Assembly: GCA_046754105.1 (NCBI GenBank) | Contig: JBHHVD010000007.1 | Location: forward strand, 1-52,063 | Length of the DNA: 52,063 nucleotides | Reading direction: 5' to 3' | Source: Candidatus Krumholzibacteriia bacterium | GTDB lineage: Bacteria; Krumholzibacteriota; Krumholzibacteriia; WVZY01 | Shown here: one piece after another, positions 40,943 to 50,800 of the stretch | How positions within the stretch are numbered: position 1 is the first letter of the stretch | Layout of the letters: each line of letters opens with the position of its first letter | Position numbers and translations under genes: made by a program | The notes under the pieces: generated by a model | Seen by the model: only the letters and a program-made list of their open reading frames with translations | Told to the model about the DNA's origin: nothing | Database searches by the model: none

Positions 40943-43308
40943 GTTACGGCTCCCTGCCCCACGGTACCCGACGAAAACTCGATGCGGCACTGGGTGCCCC
41001 CGTCGTGGCTGAACGTCAGCCGGCCGCGCAGCTGTTTGACCAGCGTCTCCACGAGGCTCATGCCCAACGAGTCGGATTGATCGGGGTCGTACTGTTCGTC
41101 GATGCCGCGGCCGTCGTCGCAAACGCTCAACACACGGCCTCCGTCCTCTCCTCGCCGGTAACCGATCACGATCTCGCCCGCCGTGTTCTTGGGAAACGCG
41201 TGCTTGAGAGCATTTGTCACCAGTTCGTTCACGATCAGGCCGCACGCGACCGCCTGGTCGAGGTTGAGGCCGAGATCTTCCACGTCCAGGCGCAGCGCGA
41301 TCACGTCGGTGCGGACTCCGAACGAGTCGAACAGGTGGGCGGTGAGGCGTTCCAGATACGTCTTGAAATCGATCTCGTCCAGCTCGGTCGTGTGGTAGAG
41401 CTGTTCGTGTATCAGCGCCATCGACCGGATACGGCTCTGGCTTTCCCTGAAGTTCTCCAGCGTTTTCGGATCATCGATAAAACTCGACTGGAGGTCGAGA
41501 AGGCTCGATATGACCTGCAGGTTGTTCTTTACCCGGTGGTGCAGCTCGTGCAGCAACAGCTCCTTCTCCGAGAGCGATTGCCGGATCTGTTCCTCGATGC
41601 GTTTGCGCTCGGTGAGATCCTGGGCGACGCAGACGTATCCCTGGACCGGACCGCCCTCGCTGCGCAGCGCCGCCCCGGAGAACGAAACGGGAATGGACGC
41701 GCCGTCCTTGGCGCGGAACTCCTTTTCCTCGTTCACCACCATTCCCCGCTCGTCGGTGGCCACGAGCTCTTCGCGCTCCTTCCCCGCGGGCGGGCACACG
41801 AGCGTGAACGGCTGGCCGAGGAGGTCCCCCTTTTCGTAGCCCAGCAGCGTGCGTACCGCCTGGTTGACGCTCATGATCTCGCCGGCCGGACTGAGGATGA
41901 TGAGGGCCCCGGCCATCGAGTCCAGCACGTTGGCCAGATTGCTGCGTGAGACGGTGGTCTCGGCCAGGTCTTCGGCCATCTGGTTGAAGGTGGCGGCCAG
42001 GACGCCGAGCTCGTCTTTGGTATGGACGTCAACGCGTGTGTCCAGATGCCCGTGCCCGATCCGAAGCGCCGCCGCCTTGAGCGCCAGTATGGGTCTCGAA
42101 ATGTAGCGGGAGACGGCGAGGCCGAGCAGCAGCGCCGCCACGAGCGCCGCCAGGTTCGCGATGATCCCCAGGCGCGTCGTCGTGCCCGCACGGGCGGAAA
42201 TGGCCTGGACCTCCTTGGAAAGCGACTCCTCCGCGTCGAACTGGTACGCGTGCACCAGCGGCAGTACTTCGTTCTGAATCTCGGGATCCAGGACCTCCTG
42301 GAGAAATCTGTGTGCGCCGTCCAGGTCCGTGTTTGCCAACTCCAGCAGCCTCGCCACGTTGCTCTCCAGCGTGACCTCGGCGCGGGACAGCGGATCGAGC
42401 CACAGGGCTACCTCGGTATTTTCATTTGCGATCACATCGTCTGCGCCCTCTTCGCCCGCCAGACGGACCGCCTCCCGCGCGGAGAGGCGGCTCTCCTGCA
42501 GATAATGCGCGAAATCGTCGTGCCCCTGCCTCAACTCCAGGGCGGCGTCGCTTGCCAGCGTCCGCGCCTTTTCCGCCGCCTCCGTGTCGCCTTCTCGCGA
42601 ATGCCGCCGCTCCCGGTTCATCTCCCGGAGAAGATCGCGCGCGGCGGTACGGCAGGTCTGGATGGCGAGCATCATCTGAATCGCTTTTTCCAACCGGTTG
42701 AGATGGCTGCGGGGATTGCTCCCCTCGGTGCCGCCCACCAGCAGTATGGTGAGCCCGGACAGCTCCAGCGTGTCGGGCGGCGTACCGTCGATCGCCGCAC
42801 GCGTGATAACACCTTTGACCTTGTCGCTTCTCTTGACACCCTGTGTCTTGATTTTCCTGGCCGTCCACCGCCCGATCGAATCGACATTGCAGCTCACCTC
42901 GACGCGCCGGCCCGCCCACAGGCGCGGTCGGCCGCCCGCGGGTTCGTCGAGAAAGACGGTCTTGTCGGTGACGGCAACCGGCACGCCGTACAGGGTGATG
43001 ACACCCGTGCCGTGGTCCACGACCTGGATCTCACCCCGCAGCTTCGGTCTCCTCGAGGTGGGGAGCTTCTCGATGTCCTCGGCGACAAACCCTCCCAACT
43101 GCTCACGCCAGTCTCCCTCGATTTCCAGCGCGTGGCCGCTCGGCACGTCCTCCGCCAGGTCGACCGCCGAGGATCGGCTGAGACTGGAGACGTCGCGCTG
43201 GATGCCGCGATTGATGTAGAACGTAACGAGGTTTCCCACTCCGAGGAGAAACACCACGGCGAGAAAGGTGAGTATCAATCGTAATCGCAGACTCATGGCA
43301 ATGGGCAT
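40939..43308 (-). CDS. Sensor histidine kinase (periplasmic DUF5666-like module, HAMP, PAS, HisKA_2, HATPase)
   Basis: Two TM helices, HAMP (DELGVLAATFNQM), PAS, ELHHRVKNNLQVISSLL, ELVTNALKHAF and DDGRG motifs. Start is 43308 or 43296. Confidence 0.92.
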   Translation of the reverse strand: MPIAMSLRLRLILTFLAVVFLLGVGNLVTFYINRGIQRDVSSLSRSSAVDLAEDVPSGHALEIEGDWREQLGGFVAEDIEKLPTSRRPKLRGEIQVVDHGTGVITLYGVPVAVTDKTVFLDEPAGGRPRLWAGRRVEVSCNVDSIGRWTARKIKTQGVKRSDKVKGVITRAAIDGTPPDTLELSGLTILLVGGTEGSNPRSHLNRLEKAIQMMLAIQTCRTAARDLLREMNRERRHSREGDTEAAEKARTLASDAALELRQGHDDFAHYLQESRLSAREAVRLAGEEGADDVIANENTEVALWLDPLSRAEVTLESNVARLLELANTDLDGAHRFLQEVLDPEIQNEVLPLVHAYQFDAEESLSKEVQAISARAGTTTRLGIIANLAALVAALLLGLAVSRYISRPILALKAAALRIGHGHLDTRVDVHTKDELGVLAATFNQMAEDLAETTVSRSNLANVLDSMAGALIILSPAGEIMSVNQAVRTLLGYEKGDLLGQPFTLVCPPAGKEREELVATDERGMVVNEEKEFRAKDGASIPVSFSGAALRSEGGPVQGYVCVAQDLTERKRIEEQIRQSLSEKELLLHELHHRVKNNLQVISSLLDLQSSFIDDPKTLENFRESQSRIRSMALIHEQLYHTTELDEIDFKTYLERLTAHLFDSFGVRTDVIALRLDVEDLGLNLDQAVACGLIVNELVTNALKHAFPKNTAGEIVIGYRRGEDGGRVLSVCDDGRGIDEQYDPDQSDSLGMSLVETLVKQLRGRLTFSHDGGTQCRIEFSSGTVGQGAVT

Positions 43309-43559
43309 CCGGCGGGGTTATCGATCCGGCGAGCGGCCGCCGAGAGCCGGTGTACCCGGCGGACCTGTGCATCGGTTTGATTATAGCGCATGGACTCCGC
43401 CGCCGGTCGAGAATTTCTCCCGCCGGCACCTCACACCGCCCCCGGTGTCGAAGGCGCCGCGACCGCCCCGCTGCCGCCGCTGGCCTAATTTCCCGTTTGG
43501 GTTTATAATGGCGCCTCCGGGACCTCGCCGTACGGATCGGCGAGCCCGGGGACGCAATT

Positions 43560-45617
43560 ATGAAAAGTCTATGGACTGATGGCGACGCTCGGGCGTGCGG
43601 GGACGATCCCCTGCGCCTTCGCGTCTACACCTCGCGGCTCCTGGGCGGCGAGCCGTCCCTGGTACTCGACGGCGGCGGTAACACGTCGGTCAAGACCGAA
43701 GCGGCCAACCTCTTCGGGGAACGCGAGAAGGTCCTCTATATCAAGGCCAGCGGCCGGGACCTCCAGACCATCTCGGCGGCTGGTTTCGCGCCCGTGCGCC
43801 TCGACGTGCTGCTGCGCATGGCGGAGCTCGACGCGCTCAGCGACGCGGATCTCGTTCGCGCGCAGCGCGCCGCCATGGCCGATCCCGATGCGCCCGACCC
43901 GTCGCTCGAGGCCATCCTCCATGCACTCATACCGTTGACGTACGTCGATCACACGCACGCCGACGCCGTCGTCACCATTTCCAACACCCCCAAGGGCGAA
44001 GCGAGGATTCGCGAACTCTTCGGCGAGCGCGTACTCGTCGTCCCCTACGTCATGCCGGGGTTCCGGCTCGCCCGCAAGGTCTACGAAATGACGCGGGATA
44101 TCGACTGGCAGTCGCTCGAGGGCATGGTGCTGCAGAGCCACGGCGTCTTCACTTTCGCAGACGACGCGCGGACGAGTTACGAGCGCATGATTGGGATCGC
44201 CTCGGATGCGGAATCGTATCTCGCCCGTTACGGCGCCGGGTGGGGCACCGGTTCGGGCGGCGGCGGTGAACCCGACGGCGGCACCGGCGCCGGGCCGGGG
44301 AGCCCAGAGCGCGGCGAGACCGGCGGTGGACGCGGCGAGGGCCGTGCGGATGCGGAGACCTTGCTCGAACTGGCGCGAGTGCGGGGCGCCGTGTCGAAGG
44401 TGCGCGGCGGGGCGATGATCGCCCGCCTGGATACAAGCCGGGAATCCGTGGCCTTTTCCAACCTGAAAAACGTCGCCTCGATTGCCACGCGCGGCCCCTT
44501 GACACCCAACCACGTGATCCGGGCGAAACGGGTACCGCTGGTGATCGATCAACGGCCGGCCGATGACGTGGCCCGTTATGCAAGAGACTACAAGAAATAC
44601 TTCGAACGGCACCGGGACGGGCGGCTGACCATGCTCGACGCCGCGCCGCGCTGGGCGGTGTGGCCGGGACACGGAATCGTGGCGTTCGGACGCACGACCG
44701 GTGACGTGGCCGCGGTGACCGGCATCGCCTTGCACACGACGCGGGCCATTCGCCGCGCGGAGGCCCTCGGCGGCTGGAAGGCACTGCCCGAGCGGGACAT
44801 CTTCGAAGTCGAGTACTGGGAACTGGAGCAGAAAAAGCTCTCCGGCCGCGACGACCCGGGCGCGTTCGCCGGCAAGGTCGTCCTGGTGACCGGGGGGGCG
44901 AGCGGTATCGGCCGTGCGTGCGTGGAGATGTTCCGCGCCGGTGGCGCGGCGGTCGCGGCGCTGGACATCGACCCCGGCGTCACCGCCACGTTCGACGATC
45001 CGGGAATTCTGGGGGTTGTTTGCGACGTCACCGACGACGGAGCGGTCGCCGGAGCCGTTGCCGATGCCGTCGGAACCTTCGGCGGGCTGGATATCGTGGT
45101 CAGCAACGCCGGCATATTTCCCGCCAGCGAGAGCATCGCGGACATGAGCCCCGAGACTTGGGAACGCAGCCTCGCGATCAACCTCTCGAGCCACCAGACG
45201 CTCCTGAAGACCGCGGTACCTTACCTCGAGACGGGTATCGACCCGGCCGTCGTCGTTATCGGCTCCAAGAACGTCGCCGCCCCCGGTCCGGGGGCGTCCG
45301 CCTACTCCGTCGCCAAGGCGGGACTTACCCAACTCGGCCGCGTGGCCGCCCTCGAGCTGGCCCCGCTGGGCATCCGCGTCAACATGATCCACCCCAACAA
45401 CGTCTTCGACACCGCCATCTGGACCGACGAGGTGCTCGCCGAGCGCGCGAAGCGCTACGGTATGAGTGTCGAGGAATACAAGACCAACAACCTGCTGCGG
45501 GTCGACGTCACCTCACGGGACGTGGCACGACTCGCCTGTGACATGGCGGGTCCAGCCTTCTCGAAAACCACGGGCGCACAGGTCCCGATCGACGGCGGCA
45601 ACGACCGGGTCATCTAA
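43560..45617 (+). CDS. Bifunctional class II aldolase / short-chain dehydrogenase (RhaD/RhaEW-like)
   Basis: SRLLGG..LVLDGGGNTSVK, PSLEAILH, HTHAD and EYWELEQ motifs, plus SDR motifs VTGGASGIG, SNAG and AYSVAK. Confidence 0.9.
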   Translation: MKSLWTDGDARACGDDPLRLRVYTSRLLGGEPSLVLDGGGNTSVKTEAANLFGEREKVLYIKASGRDLQTISAAGFAPVRLDVLLRMAELDALSDADLVRAQRAAMADPDAPDPSLEAILHALIPLTYVDHTHADAVVTISNTPKGEARIRELFGERVLVVPYVMPGFRLARKVYEMTRDIDWQSLEGMVLQSHGVFTFADDARTSYERMIGIASDAESYLARYGAGWGTGSGGGGEPDGGTGAGPGSPERGETGGGRGEGRADAETLLELARVRGAVSKVRGGAMIARLDTSRESVAFSNLKNVASIATRGPLTPNHVIRAKRVPLVIDQRPADDVARYARDYKKYFERHRDGRLTMLDAAPRWAVWPGHGIVAFGRTTGDVAAVTGIALHTTRAIRRAEALGGWKALPERDIFEVEYWELEQKKLSGRDDPGAFAGKVVLVTGGASGIGRACVEMFRAGGAAVAALDIDPGVTATFDDPGILGVVCDVTDDGAVAGAVADAVGTFGGLDIVVSNAGIFPASESIADMSPETWERSLAINLSSHQTLLKTAVPYLETGIDPAVVVIGSKNVAAPGPGASAYSVAKAGLTQLGRVAALELAPLGIRVNMIHPNNVFDTAIWTDEVLAERAKRYGMSVEEYKTNNLLRVDVTSRDVARLACDMAGPAFSKTTGAQVPIDGGNDRVI

Positions 45618-45669
45618 CGGTCGCCTGCAGCCGGCCTGCGCCTTCGCTGCCGGTGGTTGCCGGCGGTCG

Positions 45670-46629
45670 TCATTTCAACAACACCATTTTTTTCGTGTGC
45701 ACGTCACCACCGGTCTCGAGACGGTAGAAGTACAGGCCCGTCGCCATGGCGTTGCCACGGGAGTCCCGCCCGTGCCAAGCGACCCGGGTGCGCCCGGCGG
45801 GCACGTCCCCGTTTACCAGCGTGGTTACCAGCCGCCCGCTCGCGTCGTAGATCCGCAAGACCGCGTGACCCGCCCCCGCCATGTTGAAGGCGATCTCGGT
45901 CGACGGGTTGAAGGGGTTTGGAAAGTTCTGCAGGAGCGGCGTACCGAGTGTCAGCGGCTCGAACCCCGTCGGAACCGTCTCCACCGTGAACGACTGGCCG
46001 GCGTTGTTGACGAAGACGGCGTCTCCGGCGGTCAGCGCGTAGTCGGCGAGGTTCGTTGTGCTCGCCGCGTTCGCCGGGCCGAGGAACCGCAGGGCCCGGG
46101 TATCCGCCGACGGCAGCGCGCCGCCGAAGGGCGGTCCGAAATTACCGTTGGCATCGTTCGTGATCGACCCGAGGTTGGACCCGGTATACCCCGCTCCGCC
46201 CCAGCTGAGGCGCCAGTAGATGACGGTACCGAGACTGTTCTCGAACGTCATGCTGCCCGCGGCGAGATAGGACACCGGTATCAGGGCGTTCATTGTGAAG
46301 TCGCTAGCGGCGGGCGGCGTGGTCCGGGCGACGAAATTCGCGCTGGCGATCAACACCCGCACACCGACACCGTGGTTGGGTACGTTCGCCGCGGGTGTGC
46401 TGACGACGACGGGATTGTTCCCCGCCGCGTCCCACACGACGATGCGCGAGGCGCTGACAATATTCTGGAAAGGCGACCGCATCCGCAGCTGGATCGCCTG
46501 TATGGTGTTGTCACCATCGACGCCGCCGACGACCTGTTCGATCTGCATCAGGTGAAACGTGGCATGAGCCTGGGGAACGGCCAGCAGGCACAGCACGGCC
46601 GCGAGAAAAAGCGCAGCAATGAGCTTCAT
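45670..46629 (-). CDS. Secreted protein with FlgD-Ig/T9SS-type C-terminal domain
   Basis: GAGGAG RBS, signal peptide ending AHA, and a tail LLQNFPNPFNP...ATGLYFYRL...KKMVLLK. Confidence 0.8.
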   Translation of the reverse strand: MKLIAALFLAAVLCLLAVPQAHATFHLMQIEQVVGGVDGDNTIQAIQLRMRSPFQNIVSASRIVVWDAAGNNPVVVSTPAANVPNHGVGVRVLIASANFVARTTPPAASDFTMNALIPVSYLAAGSMTFENSLGTVIYWRLSWGGAGYTGSNLGSITNDANGNFGPPFGGALPSADTRALRFLGPANAASTTNLADYALTAGDAVFVNNAGQSFTVETVPTGFEPLTLGTPLLQNFPNPFNPSTEIAFNMAGAGHAVLRIYDASGRLVTTLVNGDVPAGRTRVAWHGRDSRGNAMATGLYFYRLETGGDVHTKKMVLLK

Positions 46630-46893
46630 ATGGATCACTCCTCTCCGGGTGGCCCCGGCGATTGGGGTCAGCGTGCCATCATCGGCAGAGTGAGGAGTGC
46701 GTACCGGGTCGGCTCGAAATCGGTACGGGCGATAGGTCCCCGGGCGATGGCATCGTCCGTGCACTGGAAGGAATGTATTATACATGAATCGGCGTGCGTG
46801 GGAAAGCGCGTTCGGCGGTGTTTCGGGAGGCCGGCGTGACGCCGGCCCGGGGGGCGGTGACCTGCGCACGCCGGGGCCGCGGGTCGGCGGCCG

Positions 46894-47637
46894 CTAGAGG
46901 CGTTTAACCGCTTTGACCCAAAGGTATTGGGTCCCCCTGCCGCGGTCGGACAGGATGTCGAGGGCCCCCGCGTCACACGCGCGCCCTATCTGCTCCCACG
47001 TGACCCGCGACCCCTGCCAGGCGGGATGGTCCAGATCCCGCGGCCCGCTACCGGCGGCGGCATTCTTCGGCCGCCTCGCGAGTAGCGATCGAATGCGCGC
47101 CCCCAGGTTTAGGCGCCCGCGCGGTGTCGAACCCATGTTGTTGACCTGGAAATAGAAATGCCCGCCCGCTTTCAGGACCCGTCCCGCTTCGCGGATGTAG
47201 GCGAGGGTTACGTTGGCATCCGGGATATGCTGAAACGTGATATAGGAGAATACGAAATCAAACGACCCGTCCGCGTAGCACGAAAGGTCGCTTCCATTTC
47301 CTACTTGCAGTGCCACGTTCGAGAACCCCTCCAGGTTCGAGGCCGCCTGCCGGATCATCTCGCCGGAGACATCGATCCCGTGAACCTGGGCGAAACGCCC
47401 GGCGAACGTGGCCGTCATGCGGCCGATACCACAACCGATTTCCAGCATGGTCTCGTCGCCGGCGAACGGGATACCCGATTCGTCGAGCAATTGCCCGGCC
47501 AGGATTGCACCCCATTTCCAGAACTCGTCGGGGTCCTGGGCATCGTAGGCCCGGTACGAAGAAATGTAATACATTGCGTTTTCGCGCGCCTTGGCGTCCC
47601 AGAAGTCCTTCATGATGTGGCGGGTCCCGTCGCCCAT
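46894..47637 (-). CDS. Class I SAM-dependent methyltransferase
   Basis: MLEIGCGIGR, GIDVS, SFDFVFSYITFQH and RVLKAGG motifs. TAGAAT lies 6 nt before ATG 47637 (possibly leaderless); alternative start 47613. Confidence 0.88.
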   Translation of the reverse strand: MGDGTRHIMKDFWDAKARENAMYYISSYRAYDAQDPDEFWKWGAILAGQLLDESGIPFAGDETMLEIGCGIGRMTATFAGRFAQVHGIDVSGEMIRQAASNLEGFSNVALQVGNGSDLSCYADGSFDFVFSYITFQHIPDANVTLAYIREAGRVLKAGGHFYFQVNNMGSTPRGRLNLGARIRSLLARRPKNAAAGSGPRDLDHPAWQGSRVTWEQIGRACDAGALDILSDRGRGTQYLWVKAVKRL

Positions 47638-47812
47638 ACGGAGATTCTACATCGGATCCGGAGTGTGACCGAGAAAAAGCTGCGCGTGGGGGTTATCGCC
47701 CGGGCACGCCCGTATCGCGAGAGATCCGGGCCCTCCCCACGCCCGATGCGTCGTTCGGGGGCGTGCGCAGCGCGCGGGGCGCGATTCGGCGGTGGACTGA
47801 AGCTGCGAATCA

Positions 47813-47821
47813 TGTTATAAT
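47813..47821 (+). promoter_or_regulatory. Extended -10 promoter of the LVIVD gene
   Basis: TGtTATAAT, 36 nt upstream of ATG 47858. Confidence 0.55.
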
Positions 47822-47857
47822 CGCCCGTCTAGTCGCTCAATTTTGTTTCTTTCTGCC

Positions 47858-50800
47858 ATGCAATACCGTTCGACGCTCACCGCATTGTGGACCGCCGCCG
47901 CGGTCTCCCTTCTAAGTGCCGCTCCCTCACACGGCGAGTTGAACCGCTATGTCGAGGATTTCACGACAACCACGTACAAGGACGCCGCCAGCACGACCGC
48001 ACTGTGGAAGACCGGCGCGGGTGCGCTCGAGCTGCCGCCCTTCGGAATCGGCGCCGCCGGCAGTTACGGCACGGGGAACTTTGCCACCGAGGTGGCCGTC
48101 TCGGGCGACTATGCCTACGTCGCCTCGGGGTCGGTCGGCTTGAAGGTCATCGATATCTCGGACCCGATCAACCCCACCCTCGCCGGACAGTTCAACACCC
48201 CCGACTTCGCGCAGGGCGTGGCCGTCTCCGGCGACTACGCCTACGTGTGCGACCGCGGCGGGGGGCTTCGGGTGATCGACATCACCGACCCCACACAGCC
48301 GGTCGAGGTCGCCGATATCGCGCTCTACGCATTTGCCAATAACGTGGCCATCTCGGGCAACTACGCCTACGTCGCCGTCTGGGCCGGCGGCCTGCACGTC
48401 ATCGATATCACCGACCCCACCAACCCCCGGCGGGCGGGCAACTACAGCACGGCCGACTACGCCTACGACGTCGTCGTCTCGGGTGACTACGCCTATCTGA
48501 CCGACAGCGGGTTTGCGCCGGGTCTGCACGTCGTCGACATTTCCGATCCCACCAACCCGACGCCGGCCGCGTTTCACTCGACACCGAGCAGTGCCTTCGG
48601 TGTCGTCGTCTCGGGCGACCGTGCGTACGTGGCCGACTGGGTGGCGGGCCTGCAGGTCATCGACATTTCCGATCCCGCGCAGCCCTCGCTCGTGGCCGCG
48701 GCCGACACACCGTACACCGCCTTCGACGTCGCCGTATCCGGCGATCATGCCTACGTGGGCGACCGCCTCGGCGGCTTTCACGTAATCGATATCGCCGACC
48801 CCGCCAACCCGGCGCTCACCGGAACGGTGATGACGCCCGACCAGGCCCATGGCGTCGTCGTCGCCGGCGAATACGCCTACATAGCCGACTGGGCCTCCGG
48901 CCTCCAGATTATAGAAATCGGCACCCCCACGGATCCCGCCATCGCCGGCAGTTACGGCACGGGGAACTTTGCCACCGAGGTGGCCGTCTCGGGCGACTAT
49001 GCCTACGTCGCCTCGGGGTCGGTCGGCTTGAAGGTCATCGATATCTCGGACCCGATCAACCCCACCCTCGCCGGACAGTTCAACACCCCCGACTTCGCGC
49101 AGGGCGTGGCCGTCTCCGGCGACTACGCCTACGTGTGCGACCGCGGCGGGGGGCTTCGGGTGATCGACATCACCGACCCCACACAGCCGGTCGAGGTCGC
49201 CGATATCGCGCTCTACGCATTTGCCAATAACGTGGCCATCTCGGGCAACTACGCCTACGTCGCCGTCTGGGCCGGCGGCCTGCACGTCATCGATATCACC
49301 GACCCCACCAACCCCCGGCGGGCGGGCAACTACAGCACGGCCGACTACGCCTACGACGTCGTCGTCTCGGGTGACTACGCCTATCTGACCGACAGCGGGT
49401 TTGCGCCGGGTCTGCACGTCGTCGACATTTCCGATCCCACCAACCCGACGCCGGCCGCGTTTCACTCGACACCGAGCAGTGCCTTCGGTGTCGTCGTCTC
49501 GGGCGACCGTGCGTACGTGGCCGACTGGGTGGCGGGCCTGCAGGTCATCGACATTTCCGATCCCGCGCAGCCCTCGCTCGTGGCCGCGGCCGACACACCG
49601 TACACCGCCTTCGACGTCGCCGTATCCGGCGATCATGCCTACGTGGGCGACCGCCTCGGCGGCTTTCACGTAATCGATATCGCCGACCCCGCCAACCCGG
49701 CGCTCACCGGAACGGTGATGACGCCCGACCAGGCCCATGGCGTCGTCGTCGCCGGCGAATACGCCTACATAGCCGACTGGGCCTCCGGCCTCCAGATCGC
49801 AAAGATTTCCGAACGACGCGTGACGGCGGCGGCCAACGCGGCGCGATCCCTGGTCGTCGATGGTACCGATGCCGCAGTGCGCCGGGCCCGGCTCACGACC
49901 CAGGAAGTGGGCTCGATCGACTGGGAACTCAGCGCCGACGGCGGAGTCAACTGGCAGGGCTTCGTTCCCGGTGCCGAGTGGCAGATGTTTGCGGCTGGCG
50001 GCAACGACATCGTGTGGCGATCGACGCTCAACTCGTCCGCGAGCACGCCGCCACCGGTTTGCACGCGGCTGGACATTCAATGGCTCTACGAGTTCGCCGT
50101 AATCGATTCCATTGTCGATGTACCGGCTGACCAGGGCGGGTGGGTGCGTGTCTATTTCACCCGCTCCGACCACGACTTCGCCGATGAGGGGTCCCTGCCC
50201 ATTCTTGCGTATAACGTTCACCGGCGCATCGACAACGCCGCGCTCGCCGCGCGGCTGCTCGCCGACGGCGAGCCCGTGACACGGGTGGAACGTGTATCGT
50301 TGCCGGGCGGCGCCGAACTGATGTTGTATCCGCCGGAAGGCAAGAATTCGCGCTTGTGCCGGCTCGAGAATCGCTACTATCTCGTCACCGCCACAGGTGG
50401 GACCGGCGCCACGCGTGCCAACGGCGTCACCGCCCGCACAGCCGGCACTACCGCGTGGGAAGTGGTCGGGACCGTTTTCAGCCAGCAGCAGGATCAATAC
50501 GTCTTTCTCGCACCGACGTTCGGTGACGCTCCGCAAACCATTCCGTACTCGGTCTATTACATATCGGCACACACCACGACCCCGACGGTTTTCTTCGCAA
50601 GCCCTCCCGACAGCGGCTTTTCGGTCGACAACCTCGCGCCGGCCGCGCCGCAGGGATTCCAGGTGGCGTACAACACGGGCGGAGGAAACCGGCTGACGTG
50701 GGCCCCCTCGGGGGATCCAGACGTCTCCGTCTTTCGCGTCTATCGCTCGGCCGACCCCGGCGTGCCGGTCGAACCCGGGAGCCTGGTGGGCAGCACGCCC

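Noticed and set aside
48055..49797. Repeat pair as a DGR template/variable repeat or as a CRISPR array
   Set aside because: No adenine-specific mismatches, no reverse transcriptase or cas genes in the window, and the units are long in-frame coding domains.
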